From contig JAWVXD010000004.1 in the NCBI GenBank assembly GCA_033723415.1, positions 1 through 64,000 on the forward strand: 64,000 nt of DNA. The letters run 5' to 3'. The first letter of the stretch is position 1. Each line of letters begins with the position of its first letter. The notes under the pieces are model-generated. The model was not told the DNA's origin and made no database searches. It worked only from the letters and a program-made list of their open reading frames with translations. Source of the DNA: Sulfurospirillaceae bacterium (GTDB lineage: Bacteria; Campylobacterota; Campylobacteria; Campylobacterales; Sulfurospirillaceae). Made by a program: the position numbers and the translations under genes. This document shows positions 21,618 through 33,373 of the stretch, piece by piece.

Positions 21618-22259
21618 TTAAACTATAAAAAATAAAACTGCAAAATAGTGACATATGCTACCGCCTAACACAAAAAGATGCCAGATTGCGTGATTGTACG
21701 GTATCTTTTTCCATAAATAAAATACTACTCCAATAGAGTAAGAAAGCCCGCCTATTACGATTAACCACAATCCTCCCGGTGCCATGTTGTGGATGAGTTG
21801 ATTCGTGGCTATCACGATAAACCACCCCATAAGCAAATAAAGCAAGATAGAGAGTTTTCTAAATTTAGCTGAGTCTATGAACTCCAATATTATACCGAAT
21901 ATTGAGACGGCCCAAACAACACCAAATATACTCCATCCCAAAATCCCTTTTAACACGACTAAAGCTATAGGGGTGTAAGTACCTGCGATCAAAAAATATA
22001 TACTGGCATGATCAAATTTGCGAAATATTTGTTTAGCTTTTTCATTTGTTATAGCATGATAAAGAGTCGAAAAAGTGTATCCAAAGATCAAAGATGCCCC
22101 AAAGATCGCACAGCTTACTATGAGTATAACTGAACCATTAAGTGTCGAAAAAGCCACTAATACGCTTAATCCAACAATACTTAGCAATATCCCCAGACCA
22201 TGAGTGGAAGCATTTAATATCTCTTCTGCTAGACTATACCTTCCAACTAATTTTTCCAT
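21618..22259 (-). CDS. Hemolysin III / PAQR family membrane protein
   Basis: EEILNASTH, STLYH, DHASIYFLIAGTYTP, HAIWHLFVL. Confidence 0.95.
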   Translation of the reverse strand: MEKLVGRYSLAEEILNASTHGLGILLSIVGLSVLVAFSTLNGSVILIVSCAIFGASLIFGYTFSTLYHAITNEKAKQIFRKFDHASIYFLIAGTYTPIALVVLKGILGWSIFGVVWAVSIFGIILEFIDSAKFRKLSILLYLLMGWFIVIATNQLIHNMAPGGLWLIVIGGLSYSIGVVFYLWKKIPYNHAIWHLFVLGGSICHYFAVLFFIV

Positions 22260-22319
22260 GGATTCATCGCCTTTAAAATATTTGCATTTTCTATTTTATC
22301 ATAAACTAATACAATTCTT

Positions 22320-23270
22320 TTAATTTATGAATGAAGCTTTAAAAGAGTTCTCCACTAGTTTTTTGATCTCGTCTTTACCGGCATTAAGAGAATCTGCAAC
22401 AGCCAAAAGATTTTCGTTTAAATATCCACCGAAATATGCAGGATCATCAGAATTAGCTGTAACAAGCAAGCCTCGTTTTAAAAGTCGCAAAATATTGTGA
22501 TCTTTCATATTTTTCACAGCTTTTAGTTTTACATTTGAAAGGGGACATACCGTCAAAGGAATTTGTGTTTGTTCTAGATATTCGAGCAATTTCTCATCTT
22601 CATCACATCTGATGCCATGGTCGATCCTTTTTACATGAAGCAGATTTATAGCTTCCCAAATATAAGTGCTGTCTCCTTCTTCCCCGGCATGCGCCACAAG
22701 TTCATAACCTGCTTCTTTTGCTTTTTTAAAAACTTCTTGAAATTTTGAAGGTGGATTGCCAAGTTCCGAAGAATCCAGCCCCACGCCTTTGATCTTATCT
22801 TTAAAGTGCAATGATTCTTCGAGTGTTCTAAAAGCATCTTCCTGACTCAAATGCCTCAAAAAAGACATGATCAAAAAAGAGGATATATTAAAATTCTTTT
22901 TGCCATCATCCAATGCTTTTGTAATACCATCAACAACTGTTTTAAAAGATATTCCTCTTTGCGTGTGAGCTTGAGGATCAAAGAATATCTCTGTATGTAC
23001 AATGTTTTGTTCTTTACATCTCTGTAGATACGCATATGTAAGATCGTAAAAATCAGACTCTTCGATGAGCACCTTTGCACCCTCATAATAGATATCTAAA
23101 AAAGATTGCAAAGATGTGAATTTATATGCTTTTTTCACTTCTTCTACACTTTTATAGGGTATTGCAACTGCGTTTTTATTTGCTAATCTAAACATCAGTT
23201 CAGGCTCTAGGGTTCCTTCTATATGAAGGTGTAACTCTGCCTTTGGCAAGTCTTGTATAAATTTTTTCAT
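22320..23270 (-). CDS. Adenine/adenosine deaminase
   Basis: [43 protein letters not shown]. Confidence 0.93.
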   Translation of the reverse strand: MKKFIQDLPKAELHLHIEGTLEPELMFRLANKNAVAIPYKSVEEVKKAYKFTSLQSFLDIYYEGAKVLIEESDFYDLTYAYLQRCKEQNIVHTEIFFDPQAHTQRGISFKTVVDGITKALDDGKKNFNISSFLIMSFLRHLSQEDAFRTLEESLHFKDKIKGVGLDSSELGNPPSKFQEVFKKAKEAGYELVAHAGEEGDSTYIWEAINLLHVKRIDHGIRCDEDEKLLEYLEQTQIPLTVCPLSNVKLKAVKNMKDHNILRLLKRGLLVTANSDDPAYFGGYLNENLLAVADSLNAGKDEIKKLVENSFKASFIN

Positions 23271-23947
23271 TCACTACATTCTTTTTTATTATTTGAGATT
23301 TTTTCTATAACTTTTATCGCATCAATTGGTGTTTTTACGACAAAACCTGCCCCGTTGCTCACTAGTTCCTCTTCATCTCTAAATCCCCATAATACACCGA
23401 TGGAAGTGATACCTGCATTTTTTGCCGTTATCATGTCAATTTTAGTGTCTCCTACGTATAAACACTCACTAGGTTTGATGTTTAATTCATTTAAAATAGC
23501 AATAACACCAGCTGAAGAAGGTTTTCTTGGTATATTCTCTCTTATGCCGTAAACTGCATCAAAACTCCAATTTCTCAGATATTTATATACGCATTTTTTA
23601 GTAAAAGCATTTGGTTTATTGGATAATACTGCAAGCTTATAACCTCTTGTTTGTAAAAAGGTAAGTAATTTTCCAATACCGTCATATAATTTCGTATTTT
23701 TATCAAATTGCTTAGCATAATGCTTTTCAAATAGTAGCAGGGCTTTGTCTATGCCCTCTTTATCTTCATCAGGAAGAACATCTTGCATCAACTTTTTTGC
23801 GCCCTCGCCTACTAAATATTTATATTTTTCAACGGCTATTAGTTCTTTTTTAAATTTAGTCAATACATAATTTACACTGATTGCGATATCTTCTAAAGTA
23901 TCAAGAAGCGTTCCGTCTAAATCAAATATAACGGCTTTTAGTTTCAT
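23267..23947 (-). CDS. HAD-superfamily phosphatase (phosphoglycolate phosphatase-like)
   Basis: [18 protein letters not shown]...D. Confidence 0.9.
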   Translation of the reverse strand: MKLKAVIFDLDGTLLDTLEDIAISVNYVLTKFKKELIAVEKYKYLVGEGAKKLMQDVLPDEDKEGIDKALLLFEKHYAKQFDKNTKLYDGIGKLLTFLQTRGYKLAVLSNKPNAFTKKCVYKYLRNWSFDAVYGIRENIPRKPSSAGVIAILNELNIKPSECLYVGDTKIDMITAKNAGITSIGVLWGFRDEEELVSNGAGFVVKTPIDAIKVIEKISNNKKECSE

Positions 23948-23966
23948 CTATTCTGTTCTTTTTTTG

Positions 23967-24002
23967 AACAAGGCAACTCCTATACAAAAGAGCTGCCTTG
24001 TT
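23967..24002 (-). terminator. 13-bp stem-loop after tkt
   Basis: AACAAGGCAGCTC / GAGTTGCCTTGTT with one G-U on the minus strand; followed by As, so may be a stability hairpin. Confidence 0.5.
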
Positions 24003-24006
24003 ATTT

Positions 24007-25995
24007 TTACTTTGATAATTTGCAGCCTTTTGGCTCGCTCTCTTCATAATCTTTTCCAAGCATTGCAAATATTTTTTCTTTGATGCCTTTTGTGGTGATG
24101 TGAAACTTTTCAAACAATTGCTCAGCCGGTGCACTCGCTCCAAAGCTATTCATACCAAGTACCTCATCAGCAAACCTGTACCATTCTAGTCCACTTGCTG
24201 CTTCTACAGCTAAAACTTTAGTGTTGGGGTCGATTACTTGATTGATATACTCTTTATCTTGCTCACACAAAATATCAAAACAAGGAACACTTACGATATT
24301 TGCATTGATCCCTGCAGCTTCTAGTTGACATCCAGCCTGAAGAGAAGGCATGACTTCGCTTCCGCTTGCCATAATAGTTACAACTGCATTGTCTCTTTTT
24401 CTTACTAAATATCCACCATTCTCAACACTTCCAAAATCCACTTTGCCTTTTTTTAGCGTTTCAAGTTTTTGACGGGAAAGCACAAATGCTGAAGGAGAAT
24501 TTTTAAGTCCCAGTGCTATTTTCCAGCAAACCACATTTTCACTTGCATCTGCAGGACGAAATACATAAAAATTCGGTAGTGCTCTAAACTGGCTTAGTTG
24601 CTCTATCGGCTGATGTGTCGGGCCGTCTTCTCCAACACCGATACTGTCATGTGTCCATACAAAAAAGTTTTGGATTTCCATCAATGCCGAAAGTCTGGCT
24701 GAAGGTTTTAAATAATCGCTAAATATAAAGAATGTTGCACTAAATGGGATAAATAAACCATAAAGACTCATAGCATTTGTAATCGCAGCCATTGAGTGTT
24801 CTCGAATACCGAAATGGATATTTCTACCGTTTGGAAAAGAACCCATATCTTTTAATTCGCTTTTGTTTGATGGAGCAAGATCTGCACTCCCGCCTATAAA
24901 TCCAGGCAGTGCTTTTGCAATTGCATTTAAAATCTTTCCGTTACTGTCTCTTGTCGCAACGCCGCTTCCGTCTTCAAACTCAGGCCATTGGATAGAGTCT
25001 ATTTTAGGATTTTGCAGATTTTCCAACAATGTTTTTACATCATCATCCAAATCAGATACCAACTTATTCCAAGCAGCTTCTTCCAAATCTCCTTTTTCTA
25101 CGGCACACTCAAATCTTGCTTTTACGTCAGCGTCTATAAAAAATTGCTTCTCAGGATCAAATCCTGCCTTTTCTTTTGCCTCTTTTATAATTTTCTCACC
25201 TAGAGGCGCCCCATGTGCATTGTGGCTACCTTCCATCTCGCAAGCGCCTTTTGCTATAAGTGTATGCGCTATGATCAAATACGGTTTTGTTTGCTTTTTT
25301 GAATTCTCAAGAGCTTCATTGATCTCTTCAAAATTATTTCCGTCAATCCTTGCGACTTGCCAACCTTGTGCTTCAAAACGCAATTTTACATCTTCACTCC
25401 AAGCTAAATCGGTATTACCCTCTATTGTAATCGCATTGCAATCATATATCATGACCAAGTTATCTAAACACAGGTGACCGGCTAAGGAACAAGCTTCATA
25501 ACTGATGCCTTCTTCTAGATCACCGTCTCCGCATAGTGCATAAACTTTGTGATCGATTACTTTCTTGTCTTCACTATTTAGCATATTTTGCGCCAATTTT
25601 TCGCTCATTGCAAAACCCACGGCATTTGCTACGCCTTGACCTAGAGGTCCGGTAGTGACTTCGACTCCAGGGACTATCCCATATTCCGGATGACCAGGTG
25701 TTTTACTGTCCAACTGTCTGAAATTTTTTAGATCTTCCAAACTTATATCATATCCGCTTAAATGCAAAAATGAATATATCAATGACGAAGCATGACCTCC
25801 GCTAAAAACCAATCTATCTCTGTTTAACCACTTTGGATTTTTTGGGTTGTGTTTTAAATGCTTACTTAAAATCGTGACAATATCAGCCAATCCCATAGGC
25901 GCACCAGGATGTCCGCTGTTTGCACGTTGTACCATATCGGCACACAAAAATCTAATCGTATCTGCTTGTTTTTGCAGTATATCAATACTATCCAT
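24007..25995 (-). CDS. tkt: Transketolase
   Basis: SGHPGAPMG, TTGPLGQG, GDG..EG, GEDGPTHQPIEQ. Confidence 0.98.
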   Translation of the reverse strand: MDSIDILQKQADTIRFLCADMVQRANSGHPGAPMGLADIVTILSKHLKHNPKNPKWLNRDRLVFSGGHASSLIYSFLHLSGYDISLEDLKNFRQLDSKTPGHPEYGIVPGVEVTTGPLGQGVANAVGFAMSEKLAQNMLNSEDKKVIDHKVYALCGDGDLEEGISYEACSLAGHLCLDNLVMIYDCNAITIEGNTDLAWSEDVKLRFEAQGWQVARIDGNNFEEINEALENSKKQTKPYLIIAHTLIAKGACEMEGSHNAHGAPLGEKIIKEAKEKAGFDPEKQFFIDADVKARFECAVEKGDLEEAAWNKLVSDLDDDVKTLLENLQNPKIDSIQWPEFEDGSGVATRDSNGKILNAIAKALPGFIGGSADLAPSNKSELKDMGSFPNGRNIHFGIREHSMAAITNAMSLYGLFIPFSATFFIFSDYLKPSARLSALMEIQNFFVWTHDSIGVGEDGPTHQPIEQLSQFRALPNFYVFRPADASENVVCWKIALGLKNSPSAFVLSRQKLETLKKGKVDFGSVENGGYLVRKRDNAVVTIMASGSEVMPSLQAGCQLEAAGINANIVSVPCFDILCEQDKEYINQVIDPNTKVLAVEAASGLEWYRFADEVLGMNSFGASAPAEQLFEKFHITTKGIKEKIFAMLGKDYEESEPKGCKLSK

Positions 25996-26851
25996 TAAAA
26001 TATTCCTTTACAATATATTCAAGTTCTTTGGCTAATTTGCCATCTAATGTTTTTAATTCTAAATTTAGAGATCCTAGAAACTCATCTCTATATTTGATGG
26101 CACCTTCTAAGCCCATCAAATTTACAAATGAATTTTTATGCCCATCATTACCTATAGGCTTACCTGCAATCTCAGGAGTTGATGTTGCGTCTATTATGTC
26201 ATCTTGAATCTGAAATAACAACCCTAATTTCAATCCGAAATTATAGATATTTTCTTTACTTTTTTCATCTAATCCGCAAATTATAGCCCCCATAAGTAAA
26301 GATGCTGCTATAAGCTTTGCTGTTTTATTTATATGCAAAAATTCTAGCTCTGCTTGAGATAAAATTTTATCTTCGAACTCACAGTCTATTGCCTGTCCTA
26401 TCACCATACCACCGCTGCCGCCATTTTTTGACAAAGCCTTTACCAATTCAATTTTAACTTCTGCACTTAAAGGGGCATTTGAGATTTGATAAAAAGCATC
26501 TGAATTGAGAGCATCCCCAACTAAGATAGCTGTCACTTCGTCATAAGTAACATGAAGTGTCGCATTACCTCTTCTAAAATCTGCATTGTCCATAGCAGGG
26601 AGGTCATCATGAATCAAAGAATAAGTATGCAACATCTCAAGTCCCAAAGCAACAGGATAAGAGTTTTTGATAAGCTCAGGAGCGCAGGTATTTACAATGC
26701 TCAGCAACAATAAAGGTCTAAACCTTTTACCGCCTGCAAATAAAATTTCTTTATATGCTTTGTCAAAATGAGGATGAAAACCTTCTATAGAAGGTAGGTT
26801 TTCTCTAAAAAAATGTTCAAAATCGTCTAATAATTCTGCTTTTACCCTCAC
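25988..26851 (-). CDS. ispA: Geranyltranstransferase / polyprenyl diphosphate synthase
   Basis: GGKRFRP, LIHDDLPAMD..RRG, FQIQDD. Confidence 0.93.
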   Translation of the reverse strand: MRVKAELLDDFEHFFRENLPSIEGFHPHFDKAYKEILFAGGKRFRPLLLLSIVNTCAPELIKNSYPVALGLEMLHTYSLIHDDLPAMDNADFRRGNATLHVTYDEVTAILVGDALNSDAFYQISNAPLSAEVKIELVKALSKNGGSGGMVIGQAIDCEFEDKILSQAELEFLHINKTAKLIAASLLMGAIICGLDEKSKENIYNFGLKLGLLFQIQDDIIDATSTPEIAGKPIGNDGHKNSFVNLMGLEGAIKYRDEFLGSLNLELKTLDGKLAKELEYIVKEYFNG

Positions 26852-27858
26852 AAACTAACCTTTACAAAAAACTGAAAGTCATTTCTATCAAACAACAGGT
26901 GTATATCCTTTTTACTCATTTTTGAAAGGTATCTTTTCACGTCATCTTGATTTTTAACGCTTTTCCCATCGACTTGCAACAGTTTATCTCCGACCTTCAA
27001 ACCATACTTAGAAGCAAAACTATTTTTTTCAATCATCTTTATATTTAATTTTTTATCAAAATACATACCTTCACTTTCCAAGAAAGTATCGCTCAATTCT
27101 CCTCCGCATTTTCGTTTATATATTTTAAATTTTTCTTTTTTGAATATACCGTTTCTTGTAAATTCAACTTCAACGGTTTTATTTTGATGAGAAAATAGAA
27201 TATAACGTTCAAGGTCATCCATAGTATCTAATCTCTTGCCATCGATTTTTCTTATAATATCACCAACTTTTAGTTTATTGCCTGGATGAAATGGATTGAC
27301 AAAAGTCACATAGATCTCTTCTCCGATTTTCTCAAATCTTGCACCTATACTGCCATAATATATATTTTTTGATTTTATGAATCTAGTTATCAGTCTGCTT
27401 GGGATAAATTTTCCATTTCCCACGCCAATGCCGTATACTTTATAACAAAGGCAGGTTATCATGCTATTTGGTTCAACTTTTGAATTCAGCGAATAAAGCA
27501 TATCTATTCCACTTCCTTTTTTCGCAAAGTTGCCTATATACAATGAATTTGAACCAATACTAGCCAACCATTCGCCAAGGGCAAGCTTACTTGTATCTTT
27601 AAACTCTATAGGCTTTAACTCTTTTTTGCTATAAAAAAGATATAAATCAAGGAAAGGATCAAATTTTACGTATTTATGATCCGGCCTCTTTTTTTGATAA
27701 GATACTGCATAATGTTTTGAAACTGCTATAGCCTCTGTTTTGCCGAAGTAAACGATAGATTTAATATTTCGATTGTAGATTTGTTTAAAATCCGGATAAG
27801 TAAAACTTACGCCAAATAGTACTTGCCAGAACAAAAGCAGACTTAAAAAAAATTTCAT
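26848..27858 (-). CDS. Exported PDZ-domain protein
   Basis: Signal peptide, two LKVGD.I/L..IDG PDZ-like repeats, C-terminal R..FQFF. Confidence 0.75.
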   Translation of the reverse strand: MKFFLSLLLFWQVLFGVSFTYPDFKQIYNRNIKSIVYFGKTEAIAVSKHYAVSYQKKRPDHKYVKFDPFLDLYLFYSKKELKPIEFKDTSKLALGEWLASIGSNSLYIGNFAKKGSGIDMLYSLNSKVEPNSMITCLCYKVYGIGVGNGKFIPSRLITRFIKSKNIYYGSIGARFEKIGEEIYVTFVNPFHPGNKLKVGDIIRKIDGKRLDTMDDLERYILFSHQNKTVEVEFTRNGIFKKEKFKIYKRKCGGELSDTFLESEGMYFDKKLNIKMIEKNSFASKYGLKVGDKLLQVDGKSVKNQDDVKRYLSKMSKKDIHLLFDRNDFQFFVKVSL

Positions 27859-27868
27859 AAAGGCTCCT

Positions 27869-28180
27869 TTATTTGTTAAAATTTCCCATGCCGCTTAACA
27901 TTTGAGTAGCCGCTAATTTTTTATCTTCTTCCACCATCTTATAGCAGTCATTTATGGCACTGATCAAGAGGATTTGTAGGGATTCTTTATCTTCTAGCAG
28001 TGAATCGTCTATAGAGATATCTATAACTTCTCCATGTCCGTTCAAACTTACTTTAACCAAGCCACCGCCGCTTTTTGCAGTAAACTCTTTAGAACCGGCT
28101 TCTTCTTCCATTTTCTTAGCTTGTTTTTGTGCCTGTTCTAGCATTTCACCCATTTTGGAAAAATCTAAATTTTCAAACAT
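27869..28180 (-). CDS. YbaB/EbfC nucleoid-associated protein
   Basis: SGGGLVKV..NG, D.E.LQ.L..SA.N. Confidence 0.93.
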   Translation of the reverse strand: MFENLDFSKMGEMLEQAQKQAKKMEEEAGSKEFTAKSGGGLVKVSLNGHGEVIDISIDDSLLEDKESLQILLISAINDCYKMVEEDKKLAATQMLSGMGNFNK

Positions 28181-28193
28181 TTTTAGTCACCGC

Positions 28194-28565
28194 CTATATT
28201 CCTACGAAATCTCTGATTTCTTCTATATCGTTCTTTTCATTTACCAACACTACTGCAGGTTTGAAAACTTTTGCTTCTTCTTGAGTCATGGAGGCATATG
28301 CAATAATGATGATCTTATCTCCGACTTCAGCTTTTCTTGCAGCTGCGCCGTTCAAGCAAATATCTCTATTGCCACGTTTACCTTCTATTACATATGTGCT
28401 GAATCTCTCGCCGTTATTTATATTTACAATTTCAACTTTTTGTCCGACTATAAGCTTTGCTGCTTCCATTAACTCTGAATCAATAGTTATGGATCCTACA
28501 TAATTTAAATTTGCATCACTTACTGTTGCTCTATGAATTTTGCTGTAAAGCACATCAAATGTCAT
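28194..28565 (-). CDS. panD: Aspartate 1-decarboxylase
   Basis: SKIHRATV...[25 protein letters not shown]. Confidence 0.97.
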   Translation of the reverse strand: MTFDVLYSKIHRATVSDANLNYVGSITIDSELMEAAKLIVGQKVEIVNINNGERFSTYVIEGKRGNRDICLNGAAARKAEVGDKIIIIAYASMTQEEAKVFKPAVVLVNEKNDIEEIRDFVGI

Positions 28566-28590
28566 CAATTTTTACCTCATGATATTTTAT

Positions 28591-29892
28591 CTATTTTTTA
28601 CTTAGTAATTCGTTTTTGATTATTTCTCGATCATCAAATGGAAATTTTTTGCCTTTTATCTCTTGATAGGTTTCATCGCCTTTTCCTAAAACCAAAAGGA
28701 CTTCATCGCTGTCTTGCCAATCCAAAGCCAATTGTAGAGCCTTTTTTCTATCAGGTTCAACTTGCAAATTTTTTGCCTGTTTTACACCTAAAAGTATATC
28801 ATCTATGATCATGTTAGGATCTTCGCTACGAGGATTATCGCTTGTTATCACTATCTTTTTTGCGAATTTTGAAGCAATAAATCCCATCTTTGGCCTTTTA
28901 TTTCTATCTCTGTCTCCACCTGCTCCAAACACCACAACGATATTCTTTTCTTTTAGACTGTCCATCACTTTTTCCATGCCATCAGGAGTATGAGCAAAGT
29001 CAACAATAACCAGTGGTTTATCACTAACTACTTCCATGCGACCCTCCACTCCCATGAAGTTTTCGACAGCTTCACAGATTTCATCTAAAGGTGCTATATC
29101 AAGCATGTCAACTGCTCCGACTGCAGCTAGAACATTGTAAAGGTTGAAAAAACCGTGCAATGGAGAGTGTAACTCATAAACTTTTTCTATTTTAGACATC
29201 GCAGCGCTTATCCCATCATCTAATGAATAAGCAAGTATTTTATAAGTTGCCGGATTCTCTATACCGTATGTTCTACAGTTTTTTGGATTATACTGTATTT
29301 TTTTATCATCTTTATTGATGAGTTTAGGAGTTTCATCATCGAAAAAGCTGCTCTTTACTGCTATATAATTTTCTAAACTTTTATGATAATCTAGATGGTC
29401 TTGCGTAACGTTGGTAAAAACTTTAAGTGCAAATTTTAAACCATCTATTCTATTTTGAGATATAGCATGAGAGCTGACTTCCATAATAAAATACTCACAA
29501 CCCTCATTCAACGCAGTTTTGATATTTGCCATAGTCTCCAATATTGTAGGAGTAGTCAACCCTTTATCTTGAACTCTCACATCATTGATAAAGCACCCTC
29601 TAGTACCTTGTAAAGCAGCTTTAAATCCTAGATCTAGCAGTATTGAGTAAATAGCAGCAGCTGTTGTAGTTTTGCCGTTAGTTCCTGTTATTCCGATTAT
29701 TTTGATATTTTCAATTTCGAGTATTTTGGAAGTGGATGCTGCATCAATAACTGCTGCACAGCCTTTACTCTTAGCATCTTCTAAGTACTTCTCATTTAAA
29801 CGTGTTAAAAAAAATGCACTCTCTTTGTCACAGTTACTTGAATCATCACTTATATAGCTAAAGCCATATTTTTTATCAACTGAGACTTTCAA
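28591..29892 (-). CDS. murE: UDP-MurNAc-tripeptide synthetase (meso-DAP ligase)
   Basis: GITGTNGKTT, MEVSSH, DFAHTPD, SDNPR. Confidence 0.96.
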   Translation of the reverse strand: MKVSVDKKYGFSYISDDSSNCDKESAFFLTRLNEKYLEDAKSKGCAAVIDAASTSKILEIENIKIIGITGTNGKTTTAAAIYSILLDLGFKAALQGTRGCFINDVRVQDKGLTTPTILETMANIKTALNEGCEYFIMEVSSHAISQNRIDGLKFALKVFTNVTQDHLDYHKSLENYIAVKSSFFDDETPKLINKDDKKIQYNPKNCRTYGIENPATYKILAYSLDDGISAAMSKIEKVYELHSPLHGFFNLYNVLAAVGAVDMLDIAPLDEICEAVENFMGVEGRMEVVSDKPLVIVDFAHTPDGMEKVMDSLKEKNIVVVFGAGGDRDRNKRPKMGFIASKFAKKIVITSDNPRSEDPNMIIDDILLGVKQAKNLQVEPDRKKALQLALDWQDSDEVLLVLGKGDETYQEIKGKKFPFDDREIIKNELLSKK

Positions 29893-30446
29893 AATTTAAT
29901 TGCTTTTTCTACTAATGAGATGAGTTTTGTGTCATTTGGATACATACTTATAGCACTTTCCAAATAGCTGATTGACATCTCTTTAAAACCATTATCTATA
30001 AGTTTTTCTAAGAAATCAACAAAGTCGTCTTTGTTTGATATTAAAACTTTTGTAGAAAACATAATATCTTCAAATGCCTTTTTAAAGCTACCTCTTTGAT
30101 TTATAAGGTTTATAAAATCCTCATATTCTATACCATTTTCTTCATTCATAGCAAATTCTATTTCTTTTGAATCGATCATATCATAAATGGATTCAATGCT
30201 TCCATCTGCCAACTCAATGATCTCTTCAATGATTTCTTCATTGTCACTGTCTTTTGTGAGCATAAAATATTCAAATAGTGCCTCTGCTTCTTTTCTTTTT
30301 TGTGTTGCCATATCTGAAAGAATCGCACCAAGTCTGGCTTCTTTTGAATTATTATCTTCTTGTAAAGCTAGAGAAAAATAAAAAAGAGCCTTGTCAAACT
30401 CTCCTTTGTAAAAATAGTCAATTCCCAGCGTTACATTTAAACTCAT
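29889..30446 (-). CDS. TPR-like hypothetical protein
   Basis: N-terminal TPR-like helices, FKKAFEDIMFSTKV. Confidence 0.65.
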   Translation of the reverse strand: MSLNVTLGIDYFYKGEFDKALFYFSLALQEDNNSKEARLGAILSDMATQKRKEAEALFEYFMLTKDSDNEEIIEEIIELADGSIESIYDMIDSKEIEFAMNEENGIEYEDFINLINQRGSFKKAFEDIMFSTKVLISNKDDFVDFLEKLIDNGFKEMSISYLESAISMYPNDTKLISLVEKAIKF

Positions 30447-30449
30447 TTG

Positions 30450-30728
30450 TTATCCTAACTTTTCTATATCAAAATCTGTACCGATCGGTATACTTATAAC
30501 TTCTAATTCTGGATGTATGTCGATTCTTAGTTGCCTTTCAATACCGTACTTAAGTGTTTGTGATGAAGAAGCACAACCATGACATGCACCTTGAAGTTGT
30601 ACAAAGACCTTACCGTTTTTGATGCCAAGGAGTGTCAATCCACCACCATCAAGTGCCAACATAGGTTTCACTTTATCTAAAGACTTTTCAACTGCAGGGA
30701 GCAATTCATCGTCTGTAAATGGAATCAT
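30450..30728 (-). CDS. NifU/Nfu-type Fe-S carrier
   Basis: P.L..DGG, LQGACHGC CxxC. Confidence 0.9.
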   Translation of the reverse strand: MIPFTDDELLPAVEKSLDKVKPMLALDGGGLTLLGIKNGKVFVQLQGACHGCASSSQTLKYGIERQLRIDIHPELEVISIPIGTDFDIEKLG

Positions 30729-30853
30729 TTTATCTCCTAATTTTTATTAAAATTGTTATTAAACTGTTGGTCTATTTTTACAATATATTTGGTTAAAAAC
30801 GACTGAATTTCAAATGCTAAGAGTGTAGAGTGTTATTATATTTAGATAGTATT

Positions 30854-30872
30854 GGAGACCATAGCGGTCTCC
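30854..30872 (-). terminator. Hairpin at the end of the alpha operon
   Basis: GGAGACC-N5-GGTCTCC just after the rplQ stop. Confidence 0.55.
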
Positions 30873-30881
30873 GAATATTTG

Positions 30882-31232
30882 TTATACCAATTGTAGGAAA
30901 GCCATAGGGGCAGCATCGCCTCTTCTGGTTCTTGTTTTGATTATACGGGTATAACCACCATTTCTCTCTGCATACTTAGGTGCAATTTCTTCTACAAGTT
31001 TTTTGGTGCATTCTTTATCTTGCAACAAAGCGAAAACAGCTCTATGTGCATTGAAATCGCCTTTTCTTGCTCTAGTAATTAATTTTTCTACATATCCTCT
31101 AAGCTCTTTTGCTTTTGGAAGAGTAGTTTCGATTTTTTCATATTTGATAATCGCAATCGCTAGGTTTTTTAAAAGTGCCCCTCTGTGAGTAGAAGTACGG
31201 CCTAATTTTCTATATCCATGCTTATGTCTCAT
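30882..31232 (-). CDS. rplQ: 50S ribosomal protein L17
   Basis: [22 protein letters not shown]. Confidence 0.99.
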   Translation of the reverse strand: MRHKHGYRKLGRTSTHRGALLKNLAIAIIKYEKIETTLPKAKELRGYVEKLITRARKGDFNAHRAVFALLQDKECTKKLVEEIAPKYAERNGGYTRIIKTRTRRGDAAPMAFLQLV

Positions 31233-31234
31233 TG

Positions 31235-32248
31235 TTAACCCTCGTTATTTTCAGATTTTAAATCTTCAATTTTTTTTCTAAGCTTTTCGGACGAATCATC
31301 TGGAAATTCATAACCGACAGGAAATTCTATATCTTCCATCACTTGTTTTATCTCTTCTAGAGATTTTTTTCCAAGATTTTTTAGATTTTTTAGTTCTGCC
31401 TCATCCATCAATGCTAATTCACCGATAAATTTTACACTAGCTCTTTCTAGACAATTAAAACTTCTAGCACTAAGATTTAAATCTTCAATACTTTGCAAAA
31501 GTTTGCCAAGTTCGATCCCTGTGCCTGTATTCTCATCATTTGTAGTAACTTCGATATCTAAGATACCTTGGAATACTGACATTTGAGCATACATAGCTTC
31601 CATAGAATTTTTAAAAGCTTCTATAGGAGATATCAAACCGTCTGTCTCAACCGTAAATACGATTTTTTCAAAATTCGGGTTATCTTCAACCAAAACATTT
31701 TCTATATCATATACAGCTTTGATAACAGGTGTAAAAAATGCATCAAGAGCAATATAGTCTGATCCTATATCTTCTCTTATATTTTCACTAGGAACGTATC
31801 CTATACCTTTTTCAACAATAACAGAAAAATTTAATTCCGCATCTTCATTTAGTGTTGCCAAATAATTGTCAGGTGTTACAGTTTCAACGTAGTCATTATT
31901 TAGATCTACGCCTCTAATCTCTTTTGGCCCTGAAAAAGAGTAATTCAAAACTACTCTTTTTTCATCACTTTTAATTTTGAAGCGAATGTTTTTCAAGTTA
32001 ATAATAAAAAGAGCAACGTCTTCTAACATTCCTCTTATACTGTCAAATTCGTGTGTTACGCCTTCAATTTTTACTGCAATCGGCGCATAACCTACGGTTG
32101 AACTGAACAATAGTCTTCTTAAGGGATGAGCTAGTGTCACAGCAAAACCAGATTCAAAAGGATAAGCAATCACTCTAATCTTATTTGGAGCAATATTTTC
32201 AACTTCTATTTCTGTTGGTATATGTGCTGATGTATTAATACTTTTCAT
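31235..32248 (-). CDS. rpoA: RNA polymerase alpha subunit
   Basis: [37 protein letters not shown]. Confidence 0.98.
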   Translation of the reverse strand: MKSINTSAHIPTEIEVENIAPNKIRVIAYPFESGFAVTLAHPLRRLLFSSTVGYAPIAVKIEGVTHEFDSIRGMLEDVALFIINLKNIRFKIKSDEKRVVLNYSFSGPKEIRGVDLNNDYVETVTPDNYLATLNEDAELNFSVIVEKGIGYVPSENIREDIGSDYIALDAFFTPVIKAVYDIENVLVEDNPNFEKIVFTVETDGLISPIEAFKNSMEAMYAQMSVFQGILDIEVTTNDENTGTGIELGKLLQSIEDLNLSARSFNCLERASVKFIGELALMDEAELKNLKNLGKKSLEEIKQVMEDIEFPVGYEFPDDSSEKLRKKIEDLKSENNEG

Positions 32249-32263
32249 AACACTCCCTACTTA

Positions 32264-32890
32264 TTATTTAGAGTATAGCTCAACGATTAATCTTTCTTCA
32301 ACCGGAATAACTACTTCTTCTCGATCTGGTATACGAGTAAATATACCAAACACTTTGCTTGTATCTATGTCAACCCAAGGAACTATTCCCGTTTGTGCAG
32401 TTAACTCTAATGCACGAACAATTTGTGGGTTGTTTTTAGATTTTTCACATACTTCTATTTTATCACCTGGTTTTACTGTGTATGATGGAATATCTAATTT
32501 CTTTCCATTTACAAGTACATGACCATGTGTTACTAATTGACGAGCAAATCTTCTAGTTGTTGCAAAACCCATTCTGTAAGCAACATTATCCAATCTTCTC
32601 TCGATCAATAAAATAAGGTTCGAACCTGTGTTCCCCTCTTTTTTATTTGCATCTGAAAAAAGTCTTCTAAACTGTTTTTCAGAAACACCATACATAAATT
32701 TTGCTTTTTGCTTCTCTCTTAATTGAAGCCCGTATTCACTAATTTTTGTTCTTCTTTGACCGTGTTGACCAGGGGCATAAGGTCGTTTATCCAGCGCACT
32801 TTTACCAGCTAGGCGACGCTCACCTTTAAGAGCTAGACTTACGCCTAGTCTTCTTTCCAACTTTTCAACTGGTCCTCTATATCTCGCCAT
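32264..32890 (-). CDS. rpsD: 30S ribosomal protein S4
   Basis: MARYRGP, ERRLDN, IVELYSK. Confidence 0.99.
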   Translation of the reverse strand: MARYRGPVEKLERRLGVSLALKGERRLAGKSALDKRPYAPGQHGQRRTKISEYGLQLREKQKAKFMYGVSEKQFRRLFSDANKKEGNTGSNLILLIERRLDNVAYRMGFATTRRFARQLVTHGHVLVNGKKLDIPSYTVKPGDKIEVCEKSKNNPQIVRALELTAQTGIVPWVDIDTSKVFGIFTRIPDREEVVIPVEERLIVELYSK

Positions 32891-32962
32891 CTTTTCTCCT
32901 AATTTAATGCATAACCAAAAAAATTAATATTATATTATTAAGTACCTAATTCTATTTTAGAA

Positions 32963-33355
32963 TTAAACTCTTCTTCTTTTTGGAGGTCTACAACCGTTGT
33001 GCGGTAAAGGAGTAATGTCTTTTAAAAAACTAACTCTTAAACCCTCTGATGCACCTACGCTTTTAACCGCTGTCTCACGACCGCTTCCAGGACCTTGAAC
33101 TTTTATTCCAAGCTCTTTGATGCCATGTTCTTTTGCTTTTGCTAATGCATCATCAACTGCTTGTTGTGCTGCATACGGAGTTGATTTTTTGCTGCCTTTA
33201 AAGCCTAGGCTTCCGGCACTGCTCCACGCAATAACATTTCCCATCTCATCAGTTACAGTTACTACAGTGTTATTGAATGATGCAGAGATAAAGATTATCC
33301 CTTTTGCAATATTTTTCTTAACAACTTTTTTTCTAGCTACTTTTCTTTTTGCCAT
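32963..33355 (-). CDS. rpsK: 30S ribosomal protein S11
   Basis: [27 protein letters not shown]. Confidence 0.99.
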   Translation of the reverse strand: MAKRKVARKKVVKKNIAKGIIFISASFNNTVVTVTDEMGNVIAWSSAGSLGFKGSKKSTPYAAQQAVDDALAKAKEHGIKELGIKVQGPGSGRETAVKSVGASEGLRVSFLKDITPLPHNGCRPPKRRRV

Positions 33356-33373
33356 CTGTTTCCCTTTGAGACT

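Noticed and set aside
22320..22345. Possible C-terminal truncation of the deaminase
   Set aside because: All catalytic motifs are present and the length is plausible for the family
24863..25477. 204-aa ORF antisense to tkt
   Set aside because: Codon-mirror of a conserved gene; no independent coding signal
27954..28503. Plus-strand ORFs over ybaB/panD
   Set aside because: Antisense shadows of well-supported genes
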